Origin: Anthoceros angustus
Taxonomy: Eukaryota > Plantae > Anthocerotophyta
NCBI GenBank assembly: GCA_010909165.1
Contig: MU008166.1
Span: 1,240,001 to 1,304,000 of the forward strand
Reading direction: 5' to 3'
DNA length: 64,000 bases
Shown here one piece after another: positions 22,213-37,377 of this stretch (within the stretch, counting starts at the first letter, position 1; each line of letters begins with the position of its first letter). Under the pieces are notes generated by a model. That model saw nothing but the letters and a program-made list of their open reading frames with translations. It was not told where the DNA came from and did not search any database. Position numbers and translations under genes: made by a program.

Positions 22213-22885
22213 AAAATGGCTTAGGCCAAGTGGACACAGATTTATAAGAATATTGTTATTATGCATCCGGTACTTAGATGAGGTGCTTAAAGGGAGTGGA
22301 TGTCCAAAATGGCTTAGGCCAAAATGGACACATATTTATAAGAACGTCGTTACTAAGCATCCTGGACTTAGATCGGTACTCATATGGGGTGCCTAAAGGG
22401 AGTGGATGCCCTTGGTGCAAGTAGCTTAGGCACGCCATGGTACAAGTTGTTAAGTACCATGGCGGTTAAGTACCATGGCGGAAATCTGTCCTCAATGGAC
22501 TTCAATAAAATTCTTCTTCTTCTTTATAAGTAGATGAAAATGCGTATAAATATTGACCATGCTAGCGTATAATGTGAGCTGGTGAAAAACAAGACTTTAG
22601 TTTATTCTGCGCCGCGTTTTGTTAGTTGGGTATATGTTGTGAGAGGAAACTTTCAGGAGGAAGTTGGTCTCAAGCCAGCCAAATGGACACACATTTATAA
22701 GAACGCCGTGATGGACACACATTTATAAGAACGCCGTGATTAAGCATCCTGAGCTTGGATCCGTACTTAGATGGGGTACTTGTGGAGTAGCTTAGGCACA
22801 CTATGGTATAAGTTGTTAAGTACCGAGTCCCATGACGGAAATCCGTCCTCAGTGGACTTCAATAAAATTCTTCTTCTTCTTCTTC
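22213..22885 (+). mobile_element. Clustered 5'-truncated 3' ends of a non-LTR retroelement (LINE/SINE) with AATAAAA + (TTC)n tail
   Basis: Copies 22306-22525 and 22681-22885 share gtagcttaggca...aagttgttaagtacc...tggacttcaataaaattcttcttc; further fragments at 22213-22300 and 20095-20158. Confidence 0.7.
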
Positions 22886-22894
22886 AGTCATCCT

Positions 22895-22938
22895 CCAGAC
22901 CGGACCAGACCGAACCGGACCAGACCAGACCAGACCGA
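22895..22938. repeat. (CCAGA/CCGGA)n pentanucleotide microsatellite
   Basis: ccagaccggaccagaccgaaccggaccagaccagaccagaccg. Confidence 0.85.
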
Positions 22939-23583
22939 GGAGATGGACGCAATGCCAAAAAAATTCAGCTTCAGACCAGCCATTACCCATCCCCCGTTTT
23001 GCTTGGTCTTGTTTAGCTAGAAATTGTGTATCGTGGGCCGTCAAGCGACGGCCAGCTCCAGGAATCGATACGAGGAAGGAAAAGTGATGATGATGAAGTA
23101 GCTGGGCTGCACTTGACAGTATCGGCAAAACTGCTGATGAATGAGCTGCTCCTCCTGGACCCTGGACAAGCACCAGGAGCGCACTGTGCGACAAAGGCTC
23201 ACAGCGCTGGCTCCTGCTGTTGGCGCACAACCAAGTGGGCAGTCGCCGCGATGGTGCAACGCAGCCAAGCTGCCCTGGACGAGGTCTGGGTGGAAGCGGA
23301 TCGTCTAGAGAGGGTTGTAGCCAGGAGGAGTTGTGGCGACAGCTTCTTCGTCACCCGACACTTTGGTGGGATTCCAGGCCAAGAAAGAAGAGTGGTCAAC
23401 CCTGGCGTGGATGCTGTGAAGGCTGTGGGTTGAGGGGCCGCGTTTGTGAGCGGCCTTGTCTTGCCCATGCACCTCCAAACTACCCATACGCCCGCTTGGT
23501 GTAGTCATACACAGTACCTGGGCATTCTGCCATACTGCCATAGTCTGTTGCTAGACCCATCTTCCCACAGCGGTCCCTGAACG

Positions 23584-26500
23584 ATGGTCACAGTGTGGCA
23601 ACCGGACCCGTTGTGGACCCAACAAATTGGTGTGTGTACAGGGATTCTACCAGGAGCTCCCGCTCACGTCATCTTAGGGAGTCAACCCCTGGCAAACAAA
23701 GCCTCCAGGTGCAGGAGTGTGAGGACCCCGACCCCAGCACTTCCGCTTCCGAGAGAGTGTGTGGGTACGGACGGGTTTGCCAGCGATGGTCGTTGCCAGG
23801 AGCAGGAGCACTTGTGGCAACAATTTTTTCTGGACCCTACTATGTGGTGGGACAACAGACGAAATAAGAAGAGCTCCCGTTCGCCTGACTTCCGGCGTAA
23901 AGGGTCCGGCGAGGTGCTGTGGTTAAACAACATGTTCAAGCCAGCTTGGGTTGATGAGCAGCTCATTTCCTTGGGTATGGGTACGGGCCAGGGTGCCTCT
24001 CCTTCCGAGTTCAGCCCTCCGGATGAGCCTAAACCTGGGAGGCGTGCAGGATTGAAAATGGGCGTCGTAAGGGCCGGAACTGTGAGCATGTTATGTCAGC
24101 AGGGGAAGCTTTCTGAGGCCGTTGAAGCCCTGGAATGTCTGGCGCAGACAGAATCTGCTGTTTCTCAGTCTCTGTTTTACACTGTGCTCAAACTGTGTAC
24201 AGCTAAGAAAGATTTGGTTGTGGGGCGACGAGTTCATTATCTGGCTGCCGAACTTGGGTATGAGTCGAGTGCATACTTGGGGAACCATATCTTGCGCATG
24301 TATGCCTATGGAGGTAGGCTGCAGGAGGCAATGGCTGTGTTCACTAAGGTGGGCAAGCCAAATGTGTTCTTGTGGTTTGCCATAATCTCTGCACATGCTA
24401 AGCACGGGAAACCTAAGGAGGCTATACAACTCTACCATCAGATGCGTAGGTCAGGAGTGAAGGCGGATGCTCACGTCTTTGTAGCTGCCCTTCAAGCCTG
24501 TGCATTTGCCACCGACTTGGAATCTGGCAGAAAAGTGCACTGTGATGTGGTGCAGAGTGGCATTCCTACTAACTTGTTTGTTGGCACCTGCCTGGTGGAC
24601 ATGTATGCAAAATGTGGTGAACTGAAAGATGCACGCCAGGTTTTTGACAGCATGGCCACAAAGGATGTGGTGACATGGATGCCCTGATTGCTGGGTATGC
24701 ACAGCAAGGGCTCGGACATGAGGCGCTTGTTGTGTATGGACAAATGGAGCAGGAGGGCTGCTTTTGGCTAACCATGTTACTTTTGCTTGCCTTCTGAAGG
24801 CCTGTGCAAGCACTGGTGCCTTACAGAAGGGCAGGCAGCTGCACTCTGATTGTCGAAAGAGGACTGCTGGATGACGTAGTGGTGGGCACCTGCCTGGTGG
24901 ACATGTATGCAAAATGTGGTGAACTGGAAGATGCACGCCAGGTTTTTGACAGCATGGCCACAAAGGATGTGGTGACATGGACAGCGCTGATTGCTGGGTA
25001 TGCACAGCAAGGACTTGGCCAAGAGGCGCTTGTTGTGTATGGACAAATGGAGCAGGAGGGCCTTATTTTGGCTGACCATGTTACTTTTGCTTGCCTTCTG
25101 AAGGCCTGTGCAAGCACTGGTGCCTTACAGACGGGCAGGCAGCTTCACTCACAGATCGTGAAAAGAGGACTGCTGGATGATGTAGTGGTTGGCACCTGTC
25201 TGGTGAACATGTACTCAAAATTGGGTGAAGTGGAAGATGCACGCCGGGTTTTTGATAGCATGGCCAAAAAGGATGTGGTGACATGGACTGCGCTGATTGC
25301 AGGGTATGCACAGCAAGGACTCGGCCAAGAGGCGCTTGTCGTGTATGGTCAAATGGAGCAGGAGGGCCTGCTTTTGGCTAACCATGTTACTTTTGCTTGC
25401 CTTCTGAAGGCCTGTGCAAGCACTGGTGCCTTACAGAAGGGCAGGCAGCTGCACTCACAGATTGTCGAAAGAGGACTGCTGGCTGATGTAGTGGTGGGCA
25501 ACTGCCTGGTGGACATGTATGCAAAATGTGGTGAACTGGAAGATGCACGCCAGGTTTTTGACAGCATGGCCACAAAGGATGTGGTGACATGGAATGCCCT
25601 GATTGCTGGGTATGCAGCAAGGACTCAGCCAAGAGGCGCTTGTGTATGGACAAATGGAGGAGGCAGGCCTCATTTTGGCTGACCATGTTACTTTTGCTTG
25701 CCTTCTGAAGGCCTGTGGAAGCACTGGTTCCTTGCAGAAGGGCAGGCAGCTGCACTCACAGATTGTTGAAAGAGGACTGCTCGCTGACGTAGTGGTGGGC
25801 ACCTGCCTGGTGGATATGTATGCAGAATGTGGTGAAGTGGAAGATGCACGCCTGGTTTTTGACAGCATGGCTACAAAGAACGTGGTGACATGGAACGCCC
25901 TGATATCTGGGTATGGTGCTTGCGATGAAGGTCACAAGGCACTAGCTTGTTTTGAGGAGATGTTAGTTGCCGGTGTCCAACCTAATGATTCGACTTTTAC
26001 TTGCCTTCTAGTAGCATGCAGTCATGAGGGGCTGGTCCACGAGGGTCGCAAGCACTTTGATTCCATGGCTGAACAGCATGGCATCAAACCTACTATTGAG
26101 CATTACACCTGCATGATAGATCTTCTTGGGCGTGCTGGCCATTTAGATGAGGCAGAGAAGATGCTATTATCATGTGAGGGCCAAAGTAACGTTGTGGGCT
26201 TGAGGTGTTTGTTGAATGCCTGCAAAAGTCACGGGGATATAGAGAGGGCGGTGTGGTGTTTTGAAAGCATTGTTAGGCTGGAGCCTCAAAGGGCGTCTGC
26301 GTATGTGCTAATGGCCAATGCCTACGCAGATGCAGGTAGGTGGACCGATGTCGACAGGATTGAAACACAGAGAAGGGCAGCAGGAGCTAGCAAGAAACCT
26401 GCAATGGTGAGCATTGAGGTAAATAACGAGGTACACAGGTTTCTGGTAGGAGAAAGGATAAAGGATATTGCGCTTAAGGTAGAGAGCACAAACGCACGGC

Positions 26501-26796
26501 TGAAGCAGGAAGGAGGCCACGTACCTCACACAAACTTGGTGTTGAAGCCAGTCTGTGAGAAGGAAAAGGAAGATCTGCTTTGTGGGCATGCTGAGAAGCT
26601 AGCTCTAGCGTTTGGTCTCTTGAACACTCCGAGTGGCACACCCCTGGTGGTAACGAAGAATCTACGCATGTGCAGTGACTGCCACAGTTCCACGGAGATC
26701 ATGTCAAGGCTCGAACAGAGAGACATTGTTGTAAGGGATGGGTACCGTGTGCATCGATTCACAGCTGGTCGTTGCAGTTGTAAGGGCAGACCGTGA
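23584..26796 (+). CDS. PLS-class PPR RNA-editing factor with E1/E2 and DYW:KP (GRP-type) domain plus an N-terminal PDF motif; four small frameshifts (~24680, ~24765, ~24847, ~25615), probably assembly errors; true start uncertain
   Basis: P-L-S triplets, P2-L2-S2, SKKPAMVSIEV (KP box), HAEKLA, CSDCH, C-terminal CSCKGRP; each frameshift is a 1-2 bp deletion relative to neighbouring near-identical repeats. Confidence 0.93.
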
Positions 26797-27399
26797 GAAA
26801 AACGAGTGCTCATGGGGGTGAACGCGCTTGCTTAACTCCATTCCTGTCCAAACTGAGTGATGGACATGGATGGCTAACACTGATCGAGGCACCTCGCATC
26901 GTAACAGAAAGGACCAGAATCGATCGGCGCAGGCGGACGCGTGGCCTCTGCCTCATCTGGGCTCGCTAGAGATCCTGCTGGGTCACGGAGATCAGGGATC
27001 GAGGGTGCAGGCCTGGAACTTGGGTCATGTGGAATCGGGGCTGCGCTTTCCGGAGTCAGCTTGTAGCAAGAGTAGAGCGGATTTGCAAGCTTTTGCCACA
27101 TCTCGTCTTGTGGCTGTGGAAGCAGAGCTGCTAACGTGCAGGGCTCCGGGTCCCGAGGGCATCTCCAGTTTGCATGAGAGAGTGTTTCAAGGCTGGTCCT
27201 GCCTGCTAGTAGCTGTGGATGGGCATGGTGGTTCCGACGACATCCCTGCAACAACTTGCAACTTTACTTGCAGAGACGGGGCAGTAGAACACATTTCACG
27301 AGGTGCTTTGGAACGCCATTCTGGGGTCTGTACAGTCAGGGCTGAAGAAACGCGCTGCCGAGGTACGGAACGCAATTCTTATTTTCCTCCCCGTTTCCA

Positions 27400-28600
27400 A
27401 TGCTATAAGTGAAAGAATTGATAAAAAGCTTGCAATAATGCTATAAGTGAAACTTGCACAACTCTACTTTTTGTCCTTTTCAAACTGATGCTATAAGTGA
27501 AGGAACTGATAAAAAGCTTGAAGGACCAAGGGGCATAAGTGTACAGAAAGAACTAGCGATTATAGGTATACATAAAAAGCTTCAAGAACCAAGGGTCATA
27601 AGTGTAAGAAAAGGCTTAAATCTGTCCTTTAAATATGTCATTGGGTATCGACAATCTTCGGCTGCATTAAGACTAAATATTTTTCAAAATATTTCATCTT
27701 ATGGAAACGTTTCAAACAACAAGTATTAATTACAAGTATTGTTTACGTAACAAACGTTTGTTTTTCATGTGTTCTGAATCTTGACAATGACTAGCCGGAT
27801 CTTGCTTGGCAAAGAGAGAGCTCATGAACAAACCAACTCATGGCCAGTGTTCAACTCCAATCCAAATATGTAATATAGCTGCACATCCAAATATGTAATA
27901 TAGCTGCACATTCAACGACAAACCACTTGATTGCCTCTTCTTTTGACATTGTTTCTAGTATCCGACAGGCTCTAAAGTTTAGCGACTAAAATGACATGCA
28001 TAGATGCTTTCCATGATGGATTCTCAAAAATTGTATCAAATTTGGAAGTTGCTCCTTTCACAACGTTTCTTCGCGCTACCAAAGAATCTCCATCTCCATC
28101 ATCTTCAAACCCAAACAATTCATGATCCGGATAAGTTACCCATTTCACAACCGTTTCTTACGAACCTCCATCATCTTGCCGAACTTGCATAACGATAGAA
28201 GTTACTTGTTTCACAAGTGTTTCTTCATAACCTCCATCATCTTGCCAAACTTGCATCTTTGTCTTGCACAACATTACTTATTCTAATATCGAGCTCAATT
28301 TATTTCACCAATTGATCAACTGTCAAAGACCAACTTGGACAAATTTATCCTTGGTGTACTCATTTTATTATCTAGACCTACAATCAACTAGTTCATCACT
28401 TGATCAGCTGCCAGAGATCAAGGAGGAATTGTCCTTGGACCATGGTATAAACTCAAGCCTCACTTTTTAAATATAAAGTTGTTGTACATGATGTACAAAC
28501 CCAAGTAGAAATTGTCTTTGGACCATGGTGTAAGCTCAAGCCTAACTTCTAGAATATAAGGTTGTTGCACATGATGTACAAAACCTAGTTGATCCACAAA
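27400..28600. repeat. AT-rich region with several local tandem duplications
   Basis: tgctataagtgaa.gaa.tgataaaaagcttg (27401, 27489), atccaaatatgtaatatagctgcac x2 (~27860), aacctccatcatcttgcc.aacttgcat x2, aattgtc.ttggaccatggt.taa x2. Confidence 0.7.
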
Positions 28601-28855
28601 CCACAATTCCAATCAACATCGCAAAGATGCAGATTTGCGTGAGGTTTTCAAATAAGAAGTTCATCCTCGATGTAGAGATCCATAAACCCATATATTATAT
28701 CAAGATGAATCTTCATTATCAATATGAAGTTCTTCATAGCTTTCCTCCTCACAAGCAACGACTTTGTTATAACGGCGAGGAAGTATATGATCAAACTACA
28801 GTCAAACCCCTCTAACGACTTTGTTATAACGGCGAGGAAGTACATGATCAAACTA

Positions 28856-31075
28856 CAGTCAAACCCCTCTAATTGGGACCCCTATAAATGGGAACCCCCT
28901 TTAAATGGGATGCCTGGGCTTACTCCCTTGAATGTGCTACATGCTAAATGGGAAACCGCTCTAATTTGTAAATGGGAACATGTCTCTCAAACATTCAATG
29001 CAAGTACACCTCTGTAAAAGGGAAAATACATATTTAAAAAAAATAAAAAATTGAAGAAATCGTCTTATCGAGATTAAATCATGAGTTATTGAGATTATGT
29101 CAAGTTAAAGGCTATCGAGATTATATCATAAAACATAGACAGTCATCGAGATTGGGCCTATATATGTAGTAGTTCTGTACACTATGCTTTGTGATCAGAA
29201 GCATTGTTCCTAGTACATAAGTTGTTTCATTGTACAAGTTGTCTTATGGTGTTGTAAGTTGTGTTGTGGTGTTGTAAGTTGTGTTATGGTGTTGTAAGTT
29301 GTTGTCTTGCTGTGAGATATTTTGTATGTGTTCCTTACCCATTCTCTTTGACGTGTAGGAACAATGCCGCCCAAGCCGCCGCGCAAGCATGCTACCCTAA
29401 CAAAGCAACAAAAGAAAGAGGTTTGCGAATATTATGTTCAACACTCTTGCACACTTAAGGAGTTGACTAGATGGACAACAGAGAAGTTTTCAATAGCAGC
29501 TTCTAAAAGTGCATTGTCTAGGATTGTGAATGACAAAGACAAATGGTTGGACCCTGCCATTGGTCCAACAACTAATATGGCGGAATGAGGATAGACCGAT
29601 GCCCAGTTGACCACGCAGTACGGAGAGGCAGTGGAGTGTGTGAAGGCAACTATTAGAGCGCAACTTCAAGTTCTTGATTATGGAGCTGCAAATGTTTTAA
29701 TATGGATGAGACGGTCTTTTCTTGAGCACCGGCAGACACTTGCAACAATGCGTGTTGCGGAAGCAGCTTTAAGGACCGGTTGACAATTGGTGACAACAAA
29801 TGTTGATGGATCTTGCAAGTTGCCACCTTTTGTGATTAGATATCTTAGGCCTCGTGCTTTTTCCGTGAATGTTCAAAATCCAGAATTTGAATATTATCTG
29901 GTCTGCAAACCAAAAGGCATGGATGACAATAGAATTGTTTGAGAAGTTTTTGCTAGATTTTGACCAGAGGATGGTTGCATCAGGGCGGACTAGAGTGTTA
30001 CTTATAGTGGATAATTGTCCCGAGCATCGGTTTGGTAATGGAGCTCAATTGCAAGTTACAAAGGTGGTTTTCTTTCCACCCAATGTGACAAGCGTATATC
30101 AACCTTTGGACCAGGGGATCATCCGTTCTTTCAAGATGATCGCAAGTTGATGATTTCGTACCAATGCAACCAGATCATAGACAATGCGACTACAACTATC
30201 GATGTATATCAAGCAGTGGTTATGCTGGTAAAAGCTTGGACTTCATTTGTGAGTCCTCATACCATACGCAATTGTTGGAGGCATAGCACTTTGGATGCAG
30301 AATTGCGTGCACAAGATGCTCGGTTCCGTGAGTCTTTGGATCTAAACAGCGCACCATATGATCCAGAGGATCCATTGTCGGATCCTCAAAATCACTCTAA
30401 TTCGTTGGAAACGCAGGTAGAAGAGCTACAACATTCCATGCAGCATTATTAACATCCGAGGATATGACAGAATTGCGATGTTGGATATCCAACGATGACA
30501 GCTGAAGAGTATCTGAACTTTGAGGAGGATGAAGGATTGGAGACTACATATATTCCTACAGAGGACGAAATATGGCAAGCATTAATCCCTCTGCCTGTCA
30601 ATGAGGAGGGTGAGGAGAATGATACAGCGTCAGTGGAGACCATAGCGCCAAGATCGCATACGACAAAGGATGCTGTAGATAATGCTATGAGGATAGCGAA
30701 GATGTTTTTGGAAGAGATGCCACATAACACTCTTGATGCTTTGAAGTTGCATTCTCAGTTGGAAAAGCATATTGCTAGTCATTGGATGAAAGCAACTCAA
30801 CATCAATCAAGGATTGATGATTATTTTAACCCGGCAAACTAGAATTAGGTTGGCAGCTATGTAGTATGAGGGAGTATTTTGGATTTTTTGGATTTTTTTG
30901 AATTTTTTGGATTTTTTGGAAGCTTTTAAGCTCTTTCGAATTTTTGATTTAAAGGATTTTTTGATTTTGTAAATATTTTTATTTTCAAAAAAGATGAAAA
31001 TGCCTAAACAGGAACCCCTCTAAATGGGACGATTTTTGCTACTCCCAATTGTTCCCAATTAGAGGGATCTGACTG
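28856..31075 (+). mobile_element. pogo/Tigger-type Tc1/mariner DNA transposon, defective
   Basis: TIRs CAGTCAAACCCCTCTAATTGGGA / TCCCAATTAGAGGGATCTGACTG, TA target duplication (28854-55, 31076-77), subterminal AAATGGGA repeats. Confidence 0.93.
29364..30842 (+). pseudogene. Frameshifted pogo transposase (N-terminal HTH + DDE_1)
   Basis: LTKQQKKEVC...SKSALSRIV HTH; FNMDET, KAWMT, VLLIVDNCPEH, FFPPNVTSVYQPLDQGIIRSFK; QSRIDDYF tail; multiple frameshifts and deletions. Confidence 0.9.
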
Positions 31076-32579
31076 TACCCTTGCTGATTATGGCATTCAA
31101 GAGTACTCAACTCTCATCATGACTATCATACAAAATGTGGAGCTTTATTGCACAATTGATAGTTGTAGAAAAAGTGACAAGTCAAAAAAAAAAATCAAAA
31201 CCAATTCTTAGAAGAGTGCAATTTGGATTATCATTCCAAGAAGAAACGTAGAATTACATAGCTAGTTTGGATCAATGGTTGGACTTCAATTGAGGCCTAC
31301 TTTTCATAATTGTTTTGTTTTTAATGAGAAAGAAGGTAGGAATAGATCAACACGTTACGAAGTACATCTCCCTGTAGTAATTTTTATTCGGAATTGTTTG
31401 TTTTAATGAAAGGAACCGGATATAATTGTTTTTCATCTTACTAGTATTCTTGGATCCTCGTGTCTTTGCTTGTTTGTTTATTTTTTTCTTCACTTATTAT
31501 TTGAATAATATATCCTTGGTAGCTTTGGATAGCTCACTCAAAACATACTTCAAAGGTGGCGCTATAAAAGAAGTGCTATATGGAAGGTGCTTGACCAATT
31601 GCACCGGAAGCACCTTGGCCAAGTAATGGTGCATTGTGTAGAGATGTTTTGGTATTTGCGTCCTTGGCCAAGTGAATGTGCATTATGTAGAGAGGTTTTG
31701 CTATTTGCGTTGAAGCTAGGGGTACCGGAGAAACTCAACCCATTTTTACCCAGATGCTGATTATCATCCTTGCTGACTAAGGCATTCAAGAGTTCTCAAC
31801 TCTCATACTCGGATGCTCTTTGCTATGGTCAAGCTACTCTAGCTTTCTATGACATTGTGAGATTTCTTGGTTCGATGAATACTCAACCTCTCATATACAA
31901 AATATCGTACGTCATCGTTCAATTAATAATGACCAAAGAAAATGACAAGAGTGGGCAATTTGGAACATCGTTCCAAGGAGAGATATTTTGCTACTTACTT
32001 GGAAGAAGCCGAGGTTCCTACCGCGCACAGAAAAGACCTCGTCCTCCTCGGGAAGTCCGGGGCGGTAGTGTGCTGTCCCTCTCGAGTACAGCAAAGTACA
32101 CCGCACCGATTGTATTTGTAGCACTTACACGGCAGTGGATAAAGTGAAAAAGGCCAAGCAGTCAAGCCAGTCGTACAGGAAGCTGTCACGGGGGTAGTTG
32201 GCGGCAGGCCCACCCGCACGGATCGGACACGCCGACCTGACGTCACGACGGGCAACTCCCATGCCAGCATGACGCGCACCACATTATTCAAAACTCAAAC
32301 AAAGAGCCGCGCAAGGCTCAAGGGGCGAAACGCCAGCTGTATCCACGGCCCCGTCTGACCCGGTCCATCCTGGGCCGGCCCAAAGTGAAGGGAAGGCTCG
32401 ACGACGACGCTGCCCACGGCCTGTCCCCATTGCGGCCCCGCCGGACCCCGGAGGATCGCGGTTCCGGTTCCGAGTCGCCCAGGAATATCTCCGCCTCGCG
32501 CTCGCCCGAGTGCGAGCTCCAAGCTCCTGGGAGCGTTGCGTGCCATGAGAGGCTGAGGGAAGGCCTGCGCAGGAAAACG

Positions 32580-36914
<4,335 letters not shown>

Positions 36915-37377
36915 ATCGTCGGAATAGATCTCGGCCTGGTTCCTGGCACCTCCCATGCTGCTGTGATGGATCAACATGCTTGTGTCCGTTTCAGTGCATT
37001 CTGTTCTCCGTGGAGGCCATGGGTTTGTGTGCTGACAGACGGATGTTATTCCCAGAATGACCACCATCTTTTCCAGGGAAATATCTACATTGTGAAAATA
37101 ATCACATGCTCTTTTGCCAACATATGCCCACAAGAATGACACCGCCCATGCTCTCATGGAAGATAAGTTTTGTGGAAGCGAACTCTCCCCGTTGTTAGAA
37201 ATACTTGACACCAGCTGCATTCCGAGCTAAGGGATGTCACGCGAGGACGTTTATCGTAAGATTTCTTCTTTACATGGCCCAGAAACAAGCGTAAGGTCTG
37301 ATTTGGAGAACCATGGTCATTCTGGGGGTGAAACAGGTGGACATTTGTGCAGTTACAGTTACCTTGCCACCCGTTAC

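Larger units (their letters stand above)
28627..31130 (+). pseudogene. Divergent ubiquitin-like domain ORF split by the pogo element (28627-28798 joined to 31078-31130)
   Basis: Removing the element gives MQICVRFSNKKFILDVE...FPPHKQRLCYNGEEVYDQTTLADYGIQEYSTLIMT, co-linear with ubiquitin MQIFV...IPPDQQRL...TLADYNIQKESTL. Confidence 0.75.

Noticed and set aside
24680-25620. Programmed frameshifting or true pseudogenisation of the PPR gene
   Set aside because: All shifts are 1-2 bp deletions within near-identical repeats and no premature stops are seen in the restored frame; typical of unpolished long-read consensus
26870-27412. 180-aa ORF right after the PPR stop
   Set aside because: No domain recognised; lies in the expected 3'UTR
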